Of a stretch of DNA of 64,000 nucleotides, positions 9,972 to 18,361 are shown piece by piece. Source of the stretch: Verrucomicrobiia bacterium (GTDB lineage Bacteria; Verrucomicrobiota; Verrucomicrobiia; Limisphaerales; UBA1319); assembly GCA_963664225.1 (NCBI GenBank), contig OY760937.1:4576001-4640000 (forward strand), in the 5' to 3' direction. Made by a program: the position numbers and the translations under genes. Below the pieces are notes generated by a model. The model ran no database searches, was not told the origin of the DNA, and worked only from the letters and a program-made list of their open reading frames with translations. Positions within the stretch are counted from its first letter, which is position 1; the number at the start of each line of letters is the position of its first letter.

Positions 9972-11165
9972 ATGAAAATGACACCAAGCCTCACGACTAT
10001 TGTCACGATGCTGTCGCTCGCCTCGGCGAGTCAGGCGGCCAATGTCGGACCATCATTCTACGGCGATGCTCCCGACGAACATCATCCCTGGGCGATTCAT
10101 GACGGGAATCGGCCGCAGCCTCCTATAATCACCCCCGGCACGCCCAGCACGCAAGAACAGCCGGGCAAACCCCCGTCCGACGCGGTGGTCCTTTTCGATG
10201 GCAGCGATTTGTCCAAGTGGGAAGCCGATAACGACAAGAACGAAGCGACCAAGTGGGTGGTGAAGAACGGGGCCATGGAATGCGTTCCCGGCTCCGGCTA
10301 CATCCGGACAAAGGACAAGTTTGGCGATATCCAATTGCATGTGGAATGGGCGGCGCCGACCAAAGTCGAGGGCGACAGTCAGGGCCGCGGCAACAGCGGT
10401 GTGTTCCTGATGGGCATGCTGGAAATCCAGGTGCTGGATAATTACAACAATCCGACGTATTCCGATGGCACAGCGGGCGCCGCTTACGGCATCATGCCTC
10501 CGTTGGTCAATGCCTTGCGTCCCCCGGGTCAATTCCAGAACTATGACATCATTTTCCGCCGTCCCATATACAAGGATGGTGTGGCGCTGGATCCGGGATA
10601 TGTCACTGTGATCGAAAACGGCGTCGTGGTGCAGGATCACACGATGTTGGAAGGCCCCGGTGGTCACATGGCTCGCAGCAAGATCGGGCCGTTCCCTGAA
10701 GTTGGCCCACTGAAATTCCAGGATCATGGCAATCCGGTTCGCTTCCGCAATGTTTGGATTCGTCCGCTGCCCAAGCGCGCGGTCGAAGGTAATACCGACG
10801 GTTATCTCACCACCCAGGCCACAGACGCCAAGCGCAAGGAAATCGCCGCCATGATTCGTCAGGACGCGGAGAAGCTCAAGAACGACGCCAATACCGTTCC
10901 CTACATGCTGCGTCTGACAGAGTCCTGCGTTTATGAAATGGACGAAGCGACGACGGGTAAAATCAAGGACTTGGCCACCGATTATATTAATAACCTCAAG
11001 CAGTTGCCCGCTGACAAGTTGGCGACCCACAAGGACGAGGTGAGACATCTGCGTGATGTCTGCAACTACATGGTCCGGTTTAAATATGTCGAGCCTGACT
11101 CCCAGATCGAGAAGGACCTCAAACAGATCATTGCCGACAATAATTGGGACAAGAAAAACAGGTAG
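9972..11165 (+). CDS. Secreted DUF1080 (3-keto-disaccharide hydrolase-like) protein with helical C-terminal extension
   Basis: PPSDAVVLFDG, FGDIQLHVEW, QGRGNSGVF, EIQVLD, QDHGNPVRFRNVWIR. Confidence 0.88.
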   Translation: MKMTPSLTTIVTMLSLASASQAANVGPSFYGDAPDEHHPWAIHDGNRPQPPIITPGTPSTQEQPGKPPSDAVVLFDGSDLSKWEADNDKNEATKWVVKNGAMECVPGSGYIRTKDKFGDIQLHVEWAAPTKVEGDSQGRGNSGVFLMGMLEIQVLDNYNNPTYSDGTAGAAYGIMPPLVNALRPPGQFQNYDIIFRRPIYKDGVALDPGYVTVIENGVVVQDHTMLEGPGGHMARSKIGPFPEVGPLKFQDHGNPVRFRNVWIRPLPKRAVEGNTDGYLTTQATDAKRKEIAAMIRQDAEKLKNDANTVPYMLRLTESCVYEMDEATTGKIKDLATDYINNLKQLPADKLATHKDEVRHLRDVCNYMVRFKYVEPDSQIEKDLKQIIADNNWDKKNR

Positions 11166-11201
11166 GCAACGGGCCTTTCGGTTTTGATTTAACGATCATT
11201 T

Positions 11202-11232
11202 AAACGCGCGGCGGAAACGTCGCGCGTTTTCT
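11202..11232 (+). terminator. Intrinsic terminator after the DUF1080 gene
   Basis: 12-bp stem aaacgcgcggcg/cgtcgcgcgttt (one G-U), GAAA loop, T-rich tail. Confidence 0.65.
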
Positions 11233-11304
11233 CTGTACGGGATAAGCGTTGCGGCCTTAGATGTTTTCCTGGGGAGCACGCCGATTTTGATTTCTGCAGC
11301 GCCA

Positions 11305-11342
11305 TAAAAAAACGGGTTGGAAAGCATGCTCTCCAACCCGTT
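11305..11342 (-). terminator. Intrinsic terminator after ndk
   Basis: Stem aacgggttgga/tccaacccgtt; plus-strand A-run gives a U-tract on the minus strand. Confidence 0.7.
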
Positions 11343-11358
11343 ATACAGCCGGGTTAAT

Positions 11359-12534
11359 TTACGCTTTGCCGTAGAAACTCTCAACGACTTCGCGGAAATT
11401 ATTACGTTTGATGCCGATGATGCCCATCTCGCGTCTGGCATTATCCTCGGAATCGCTGGCATGGGCCGCGTTGACCATGATGGTCTGGCCGAATTCGCGG
11501 CGGATCGAGCCGGGAGGCGCCTTCGAAGGATCTGTCGGCCCGAGGACTTCGCGAATCTTCTGCACCGCGTTTTCGCCTTCATAGACGAGGGCGATGCATT
11601 TTTCAGTGCCCGGCACATCGCGCAACTTCGGATCGCAGGTGGTGGGTGTGCAGCCAGCCATGAATTTGATGATGTTTTCGAATTGGTTGTCGCCCATGAG
11701 CGGCCCCAGGAGTCCGCCCAACTTGTCCACAACGGGTTGCGGTAAATCGAATTTGAATTCGTTTTCCAAGGCGGTCTTGGCCTTGATGGCGGCGACACCC
11801 ATTAATTTCTCCCGCAGCACTTCGCGAACAGGCCCGTAGAATTCCATGGCCTCTGTGACGCTCATGCAATGGAGCTTGATGCCCACGATGAACAGGCCGG
11901 TACGCGAAAAGAAATCGATCACGTTGCCGGGGCGGCCGGTGGAGAAACGGAAATTATCCGGCTTGATGAGAACCAGGGTGCGTTGAGGAGTGACATCGGG
12001 AGGATAAGCGATGATGTTGGTCAGTATGCCGCCGTCGGAATCCGAATAGCTGGCCCAGAGCTTGAGCTTGACGCTGGCTTCCTCCACATTCGGCGCCGCC
12101 AGAACGGCCGGCTCGAAATAGCGCACGTTATCGTGTTCGTCGAAGACCAGATCGCCGTAAGTGTCGCGAATTGTTTCGCCACCCACGCGGTTCAAGCTGA
12201 AGTTTCCGACGGCATTCCGTATTTTTTCAACGGCATCTTCCCCGCGAAACAACAGCACCATCACGCGGCGCGGCCGCTGGGTTTTGGGGTCGGGAACGAA
12301 GTATTTCGATACGTAATCCCGGATCAAGGTCTGAACCCTGCGGTCCTGGACATTGTCGGAGGAGACCAGAATGGAGCTGTATTTCTGAATCAGCTCGTTG
12401 CTGGGTGCGAACATGCGCGCGCCAGCCAGTTCCAGGCCGGTGCGGCTGATCAGCCGGGCCAGAATTCCTCCCGTGCGTGATTTGTTCAATGAATACGGAG
12501 TAATAATCGCGTATGCTAACTGTTCAGCGGACAT
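11359..12534 (-). CDS. ndk: Nucleoside-diphosphate kinase, tandem two-domain form
   Basis: C-terminal domain QRTLVLIKPD...LGPTDPSKAPPGSIRREFG...NAAHASDS with catalytic His; homologous N-terminal domain LAYAIITPY...ETIRDTYG. Confidence 0.85.
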   Translation of the reverse strand: MSAEQLAYAIITPYSLNKSRTGGILARLISRTGLELAGARMFAPSNELIQKYSSILVSSDNVQDRRVQTLIRDYVSKYFVPDPKTQRPRRVMVLLFRGEDAVEKIRNAVGNFSLNRVGGETIRDTYGDLVFDEHDNVRYFEPAVLAAPNVEEASVKLKLWASYSDSDGGILTNIIAYPPDVTPQRTLVLIKPDNFRFSTGRPGNVIDFFSRTGLFIVGIKLHCMSVTEAMEFYGPVREVLREKLMGVAAIKAKTALENEFKFDLPQPVVDKLGGLLGPLMGDNQFENIIKFMAGCTPTTCDPKLRDVPGTEKCIALVYEGENAVQKIREVLGPTDPSKAPPGSIRREFGQTIMVNAAHASDSEDNARREMGIIGIKRNNFREVVESFYGKA

Positions 12535-12542
12535 AATAATTT

Positions 12543-12737
12543 TTATTGAACTGCGGGAGTGGCGGCCGGGTTATCGCCTGTTGGCGGAACAGCTTTACCC
12601 CCGATAATTTTAAACATGACGGCACCGCAGGTTGGACACTTGCCCTTAATCGCCTTGCGTCCGTTCTTCATCACTTCTTCAAACGCGTTGGCGATTTCCT
12701 TTTTGGCTTTGCACTTTACACAGTAACCTTCTGCCAT
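12543..12737 (-). CDS. Small zinc-ribbon protein (DUF5679-like)
   Basis: MAEGYCVKCKAKKEI...MKNGRKAIKGKCPTCGAVMFKI, two CxxC pairs; ATG 12737. Confidence 0.8.
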   Translation of the reverse strand: MAEGYCVKCKAKKEIANAFEEVMKNGRKAIKGKCPTCGAVMFKIIGGKAVPPTGDNPAATPAVQ

Positions 12738-12839
12738 AAATAATTCCTGGCGAATCCGCCCCATGCTTATTCGCAATGATATTTTTAGTGTACGAGGCGC
12801 AGGATTGCAAGGTCAACAGGGAAATAGCTGAATGAAGCA

Positions 12840-14324
12840 TTATTCATGCCAATGTCTGCGCAGATCGGTTTTCAGCACTTTCCCCGTCGCATTACGGGGC
12901 AATGCCGGTAAAAAATAGAACCGGCGCGGGACTTTGTAGTCCGCCAGATTCTTACGCGCAAAGTGTGCTAAAGCCTTCTCAGTCAATGCCGCTCCGTCGC
13001 GCGCCACCACAAACGCCACCGGTTTTTCCCCCTTTCGTGGATCGGGCTGGCCAACCACGGCAACCTCGGCAACTCCCGGGAAGTTGAGAAGCGCTTCCTC
13101 TATTTCGCGGGGATAAACATTGTTGCCGTTGACCAGAAGCATGTCTTTTTTTCGGTCCGTGATATAAATATGGCCATCGGCATCCATGCGTCCGACATCG
13201 CCCGTCAGCAGCCATCCGTTGCGAAAGGCTTCGGCGGTGGCTTGCGGTTGGTTCCAATAGCCGCGCATGACGTTTCCGCCGCGAACACACAGTTCCCCGG
13301 TTTCGCCATCGGGCAGAATCCGGCCGGTTTCGTCCTGAATGGACACTTGGACATCCGGGATGGCCGGGCCGATCGAACCTTCCTTCCATGGACCTTCGAT
13401 GGGATTAAGAGCGACCACGGGACTGGCCTCACTCAAGCCATAGCCTTCGAGAATGGGCAATTGGTGGTGATGAAGGAAGTCGCGCAAAACCTTGATCGGA
13501 AGAGGTGCTGCGCCACTGACGCAAAGACGCAGCCGCGATCCTTCCGGGAAGGGTGTGTCGGCCAAAGCCCTGAAGAATTGAGGGATCGCCGGGAGGATGG
13601 TGGCCTGGCGAGCGATGATTTCCTGAAGGGCGGCGCGGGCCGGATGCAAGGATTTGACCAGTATGATGGCCGCGCCAACCAGCAGTGGCAGGAACACGCA
13701 AACGCACAACATGAAGCTATGGAACATGGGCAGCATCAATGCAAAACGATCCTGATCGAGGGCGCCGAGCACTTGTTTGCAGCTATTCACATTGTGCAGC
13801 AGGTTTCCATGGGTGAGCATGGCTCCTTTGGCTTTGCCCGTGGTGCCGGACGTGTAAATGATAAGGGCCAGATCGGTTTCCGAAACATAAGGAACCTCCA
13901 TCTTCAATTTTGGGCTGGCCGCTGCCGCCCATTCTTCGATGCGGAAAAACTGTCGATTCACCAGCTCTGGCTCTTGGGAGGAATGGGCTGCAGCCACGAA
14001 ATCCGATTCAGTGATCAAGATATCGATCCCGGCATCGGCAACGATGAATCCCACCTCCACCGGCTTGAGAAAGTTATTGATCGGCACCGCCACGGCGCCC
14101 GCATGCAGAATGCCAAAGAGTGCTGGAATGAATTCGGGACAGTTGCGCAGCCAAATTCCTACGCGGTCGCCGGGTTTTATCGAATAATCGTGGATCAAAC
14201 GCTCCGCTACGCTCAGCGATTGGTCATATAAGGCCTTAATAGAGTATTCCGCGTCACCCCAATAAACGGCGGTTTTCGCGGGGTGTGCATCGACCGCCAA
14301 TTCAAATGCGCGCGTAAGGTTCAT
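12840..14324 (-). CDS. Long-chain-fatty-acid--CoA ligase (AMP-binding family)
   Basis: IYTSGTTGKAKG, EGYGLSE, WLLTGD, DRKKDM, NVYPREIEE, LPRNATGK. Confidence 0.9.
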   Translation of the reverse strand: MNLTRAFELAVDAHPAKTAVYWGDAEYSIKALYDQSLSVAERLIHDYSIKPGDRVGIWLRNCPEFIPALFGILHAGAVAVPINNFLKPVEVGFIVADAGIDILITESDFVAAAHSSQEPELVNRQFFRIEEWAAAASPKLKMEVPYVSETDLALIIYTSGTTGKAKGAMLTHGNLLHNVNSCKQVLGALDQDRFALMLPMFHSFMLCVCVFLPLLVGAAIILVKSLHPARAALQEIIARQATILPAIPQFFRALADTPFPEGSRLRLCVSGAAPLPIKVLRDFLHHHQLPILEGYGLSEASPVVALNPIEGPWKEGSIGPAIPDVQVSIQDETGRILPDGETGELCVRGGNVMRGYWNQPQATAEAFRNGWLLTGDVGRMDADGHIYITDRKKDMLLVNGNNVYPREIEEALLNFPGVAEVAVVGQPDPRKGEKPVAFVVARDGAALTEKALAHFARKNLADYKVPRRFYFLPALPRNATGKVLKTDLRRHWHE

Positions 14325-14430
14325 TCAGTTGTCTGTGATTGAACCACATTCATAGCGCGAACGATTAAATCGTCAACCTTTTTAGGGTGCGGTTTCGTCC
14401 CTGCGAGCGTTCGTCGGCAAATCCAGGCGC

Positions 14431-15189
14431 TCAATGCGCCCAAGGCAGGGGTGCGGGTTCGAATCCGAAATTCTGCACAAATGCAGCGTGAGGAGCAGTG
14501 ATGACGATCGCCCGCCGACGAAAGGGATCCTGAAAGGCCATGCGGATGGCCCGCAAACCCATGATTGGGGTTTTGTCCGAACTTTTATAGGGAACGCCGT
14601 AGAGGGGATCGCACAGAATGGGCAGTTTGGAGGCGGTCAGGTGCAGTCGTATCTGGTGGGTTCGGCCGGTAACAGGCTGGGCCAGGATCAGGGAATTGCC
14701 ATTCGCGGTGGCCACGAGCCGAAAGTGCGTCACGGACTCTTTGCCTGTTTCCGCATCGATGCGCATGATGCCTGGCTTGCGAGGTTCCTGACCAAGCGGA
14801 TCTTCGCGGGTCCATTCCTCTTCCTTTGGAATCCCCTTAACGGCTGCGAGATAAAATTTGGCAACCTCATGGGTTGCGAATAATTCGCTGTAAACGCGCA
14901 AGGCGCCGGGGCTCTTTGCCAATAGCAGCAGTCCGCTGGTGTCGGCGTCCAGTCGGTGGATGAATCGGATGTATTTGATGTTACGGGATGTGGCCCAGTA
15001 ATCACCGGCCTCGATGGAGGAACGCAAGGCGGGCAGCAAATTGCGTCCGGTTTCCTTCCAATCGTCAGGGGCCAGCATCCAGCCGGGGGGCTTGTCAATG
15101 GCCATAACCGCCGGATCCTCGAAAAGAATCGTGGCGAACTGGTTGCGACCCAGATCGATCTGGTCGCGGTTTTGTTTCAAGATGCGCAT
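14431..15189 (-). CDS. RluA-family pseudouridine synthase
   Basis: IDKPPG, HRLDADTSG (catalytic Asp), TGRTHQIRLH, PILCDPLYG. Confidence 0.92.
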   Translation of the reverse strand: MRILKQNRDQIDLGRNQFATILFEDPAVMAIDKPPGWMLAPDDWKETGRNLLPALRSSIEAGDYWATSRNIKYIRFIHRLDADTSGLLLLAKSPGALRVYSELFATHEVAKFYLAAVKGIPKEEEWTREDPLGQEPRKPGIMRIDAETGKESVTHFRLVATANGNSLILAQPVTGRTHQIRLHLTASKLPILCDPLYGVPYKSSDKTPIMGLRAIRMAFQDPFRRRAIVITAPHAAFVQNFGFEPAPLPWAH

Positions 15190-15269
15190 GACGGGAGCGA
15201 TCCTGACACAAATTTACGAATTCAGAAATAAATTTCGGTTGGAACGGCGTCGAAACCGAAGCGTTAGAA

Positions 15270-15290
15270 CTGTATAGTGTTCTATAAGAC
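15270..15290. promoter_or_regulatory. Imperfect palindrome, candidate GntR/YtrA operator 1
   Basis: cTGTATAGtgttCTATAAGAc with a TATAG/CTATA core; nearly the reverse complement of the site at 15372-15384. Confidence 0.45.
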
Positions 15291-15362
15291 TAAATTAATA
15301 AAATCAGATAATTTGAAAATAATTGCCGTATTATGTTGCATTCTGGAATAAAATGCACGAAA

Positions 15363-15384
15363 GTGTATTACAACACTATAACAG
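15363..15384. promoter_or_regulatory. Imperfect palindrome, candidate GntR/YtrA operator 2, abutting the regulator ATG
   Basis: gTGTATTAcaacacTATAACAg directly before ATG 15385; resembles TGT..TA-N-TA..ACA sites of YtrA-subfamily regulators. Confidence 0.5.
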
Positions 15385-15777
15385 ATGGATATCAGACTAT
15401 CAACGAGCGACGGAATCCCTGTTTACAGGCAAATCGCCAATCAGGTGAAATACCTGGTGGCCTCTGGACGGCTTCAACCGGGGCAGGAACTTCCTGCCAT
15501 TCGAACCTTGGCGGAAACGTTGGTGATAAATCCCAATACCGTGATTCATGCCTATGCGGAGTTGGAAAAGGATGGTGTGGTGGTAAGAAGACACGGATCG
15601 GGAACTTATATTGCTGAAACCGCCTTGAGCCAGCCTGCCAAAACGGCTGCAGAAAGCCTGACTCCAAAGATTGATTCTCTTCTGGCCGATTCGATGCACC
15701 TAAACCTGGACCTCAACGACCTCTTGCGAATCCTGCTGGAGCGTCACGCAATCCTCAAAAGTTCAAAAACAGAATAA
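15385..15777 (+). CDS. GntR-family transcriptional regulator, YtrA subfamily
   Basis: PVYRQIANQVKYLVASGRLQPGQELPAIRTLAETLVINPNTVIHAYAELEKDG; short C-terminus; precedes an ABC ATPase. Confidence 0.93.
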   Translation: MDIRLSTSDGIPVYRQIANQVKYLVASGRLQPGQELPAIRTLAETLVINPNTVIHAYAELEKDGVVVRRHGSGTYIAETALSQPAKTAAESLTPKIDSLLADSMHLNLDLNDLLRILLERHAILKSSKTE

Positions 15778-15782
15778 CCCTT

Positions 15783-16697
15783 ATGAACACAGATGGAATT
15801 ATCATTCGGATACAGGGAGTTACCCGCCGATACGGCAGCAAGCTGGCTTTGGATAACGTGAGTCTGAGCATCCCCCGTGGAATCGTTCTTGGTCTGGTCG
15901 GAGCGAATGGCGCAGGGAAGACGACTTTGATCAAACACATTCTCGGGTTGTTAAGGGCGCAGACGGGCAGTGTGAGAGTTATGGGCGAGGATCCGGTCAG
16001 GAATCCGGTGGCGGTATTGAGTCGGTTGGGCTACCTCTCCGAGGACCGGGATTTACCTCCATGGATGTCCGTATCCGAACTGCTGCGATACAGCAGGGCA
16101 TTTCGCGACCATTGGGATGAGGCATTCGCCGAGGAGTTGAGGCTAAAATTCCAACTTCAGGGAACGTCACTGGTCCGAAATCTATCCAAAGGGGAGCTGG
16201 CGAAGGCAGGCCTCATCGTCGCGCTGGCTCACAAACCGGATTTGCTGGTGCTTGACGAACCCAGTTCGGGCCTGGATCCAATCGTCCGGCGCGAAATGCT
16301 CGAGGCCGTGGTTCGCTCGGTGGCGGAGCAGGGCCGGACCGTTCTCTTTTCCTCGCACCTGCTGGATGAGATTGTGCGCGTTTCCGACCAGGTCGCCATG
16401 ATGGCTCATGGCAGGATATTGGTGCATGGCCCATTGAACGAGGTTCTGGAATCCCACCGGAGAATGGTGATCCGCCTTCAATCCAGGGAAACAAAGCCAT
16501 CGGAATTTCCCGGCGCGGTATCGGTGAGCGGCGGACCGGATGAATGGACGGTGATCTGCAACGGGAATCGCAATGATTTTGTCGCGTGCCTCCAGAAGAT
16601 GGGCGGAGAAGTTCTTGAGGAATCCGAGGCCACGTTTGACGAAATATTTTATGCAAGGGTGAATCAGGCCAGCGGACCTGTTGAACGCAACCGTTAA
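15783..16697 (+). CDS. ABC transporter ATP-binding protein (YtrB-like)
   Basis: GANGAGKTT, LSKGE, LVLDEPSSGLD, SSHLL. Confidence 0.93.
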   Translation: MNTDGIIIRIQGVTRRYGSKLALDNVSLSIPRGIVLGLVGANGAGKTTLIKHILGLLRAQTGSVRVMGEDPVRNPVAVLSRLGYLSEDRDLPPWMSVSELLRYSRAFRDHWDEAFAEELRLKFQLQGTSLVRNLSKGELAKAGLIVALAHKPDLLVLDEPSSGLDPIVRREMLEAVVRSVAEQGRTVLFSSHLLDEIVRVSDQVAMMAHGRILVHGPLNEVLESHRRMVIRLQSRETKPSEFPGAVSVSGGPDEWTVICNGNRNDFVACLQKMGGEVLEESEATFDEIFYARVNQASGPVERNR

Positions 16698-16715
16698 TCT
16701 CAACACCTTCCAAAT

Positions 16716-18308
16716 ATGTTTCGTTCTGTACGCGCATTGTTTTGGGAAATTCTGTGGAAGAACAGAATTGTGGCTCCTGCGCTTGTGGTTTTGTTCGGGA
16801 TAGGCGCGTGGATGATCTCGGCAGCGATCCGCGCCCATGCGGCAGGCCTGACCGACCAGGCCGATTATTATCCGCGCAGCATCGCCTTTCTGTCATTCCT
16901 GGCGTCCCTGTTCCTGATCTATGCCCCTTTCAATCTCATGGAAAGCCAGAGTGGCTGGCGCATGAATTCGATGATCACGCGGTGGTTTGCGCTGCCGGTG
17001 CGGACCTGGATATTGGTCGCGGTGCCTTTGGTTTTGGGATGTGTCTGCGTGGCGATTGTCGTGGGAGTGTGGTGGCTGCCATTGAAACAATACATTCCGC
17101 TCGATGTTCTTGAGCGAGTGCTGGCGGTGCTGTTTGCCTTAATGGCAGTGGTTCAAGCGGTGGCCTGGGCGACGCCGAGAAAGCCATGGCAGTTTTGGGT
17201 TTGCATGGTTCTCCTGGGGTATTCGGTTCTATGGGTTTTATTACAGCACGCACCCAAATGGGGAAAGGACCTGGAATCAAATCGGGTTCTCGCAGATGCA
17301 GGGATGGTCACACTGGCTGCCAGTTTTGTGGCCTACGGCTTTGCCCTGTTGACCCGGCGGGGAACCTGGCCCGGTTGTTTTCAGGCACCAAAACCCGGCG
17401 GATATTTTCACTGGAAAAGGACATTGCCAAAGCGCCTGGGAAGCGCCGGATCCGCCTTGTATTGGTCGGAATCCGTCCCTGTCTGGCGCTTCTTCGGTCT
17501 GGGTTGGCTGGGGATTGTCCTGTTGGCGGCGGTTGCCATCGGGCTAAAGTTCCACGATGGAAGCATCGCCCTCAGAATGGGGTATAAGTTCATTATCCTG
17601 ATGGTTTGTTACAATACCCTGCCGGTCCTGGCTTTAATCTGGCTTTCGCCAATGGCCATCGCCGCAGGCTGCACCTCGCCCGGGGTGTGCTGGACGCGGA
17701 TGAGTCCCTACCTGACGATGCAACCGATGGCGTCCGGGGCGTTTGTTCAGGCCAGACTCCTGGGTGTGTTCCTGGCGTGGATGATCGTCTGGGTGCCGTT
17801 TTTCATTTTTGGCCCGTTGTATCAAACGGTGCAGGACAATCCGGGGGACATGGTTACCTCCGCAAAGGTGTATTCGATGATTGGCTGGTTCATGGCGATC
17901 AGCGCGCACGCGGCGATTGGATGTCTGCCATTGTTCTTATGGGGCCGATTAGAGGGATTGCCGACATTGATCCTGGGCATGCTGGGTTCGTGTTTTGTCA
18001 CCTGGCAACTCGCAGGCTGGCTGCGAGGGGATGAGGAACACCAGGCGGCCCTGTGGATGGTTGGAAGTCTGCTTGCGGTAAAGATACTACTGTCTCTGGG
18101 GCTCCTGATTTACAGCCATCGGCAGCGACAAATCACCTGGAAGTTCGCGGTCACACTGCCGTTGGTTTGGTTGCTCATTGGCCTTGTCCTGGCCGGACTG
18201 TCCTGGCGTGATTTCGGCGTCGTCCGAGCCCTGGCTGTGCTGATATTGCTGCCTCTGGCCAGACCGGCCCTTTGTCCGCTGGCGGTTGCGCTGAATCGCC
18301 ATCGTTAA
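16716..18308 (+). CDS. Polytopic membrane protein, probable ABC permease
   Basis: About 12 hydrophobic segments in two halves; directly follows the ABC ATPase. Confidence 0.7.
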   Translation: MFRSVRALFWEILWKNRIVAPALVVLFGIGAWMISAAIRAHAAGLTDQADYYPRSIAFLSFLASLFLIYAPFNLMESQSGWRMNSMITRWFALPVRTWILVAVPLVLGCVCVAIVVGVWWLPLKQYIPLDVLERVLAVLFALMAVVQAVAWATPRKPWQFWVCMVLLGYSVLWVLLQHAPKWGKDLESNRVLADAGMVTLAASFVAYGFALLTRRGTWPGCFQAPKPGGYFHWKRTLPKRLGSAGSALYWSESVPVWRFFGLGWLGIVLLAAVAIGLKFHDGSIALRMGYKFIILMVCYNTLPVLALIWLSPMAIAAGCTSPGVCWTRMSPYLTMQPMASGAFVQARLLGVFLAWMIVWVPFFIFGPLYQTVQDNPGDMVTSAKVYSMIGWFMAISAHAAIGCLPLFLWGRLEGLPTLILGMLGSCFVTWQLAGWLRGDEEHQAALWMVGSLLAVKILLSLGLLIYSHRQRQITWKFAVTLPLVWLLIGLVLAGLSWRDFGVVRALAVLILLPLARPALCPLAVALNRHR

Positions 18309-18361
18309 TAGCGGAATGCTGAACAAAACCAAATCCCGGATTTTCACATGAAAGGGGAACT

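Noticed and set aside
14425..14470. GGTTCGAATCC resembling a tRNA T-loop
   Set aside because: The T-stem does not close, no cloverleaf forms, and it lies in the last codons of the RluA-family gene (GFEPAP)
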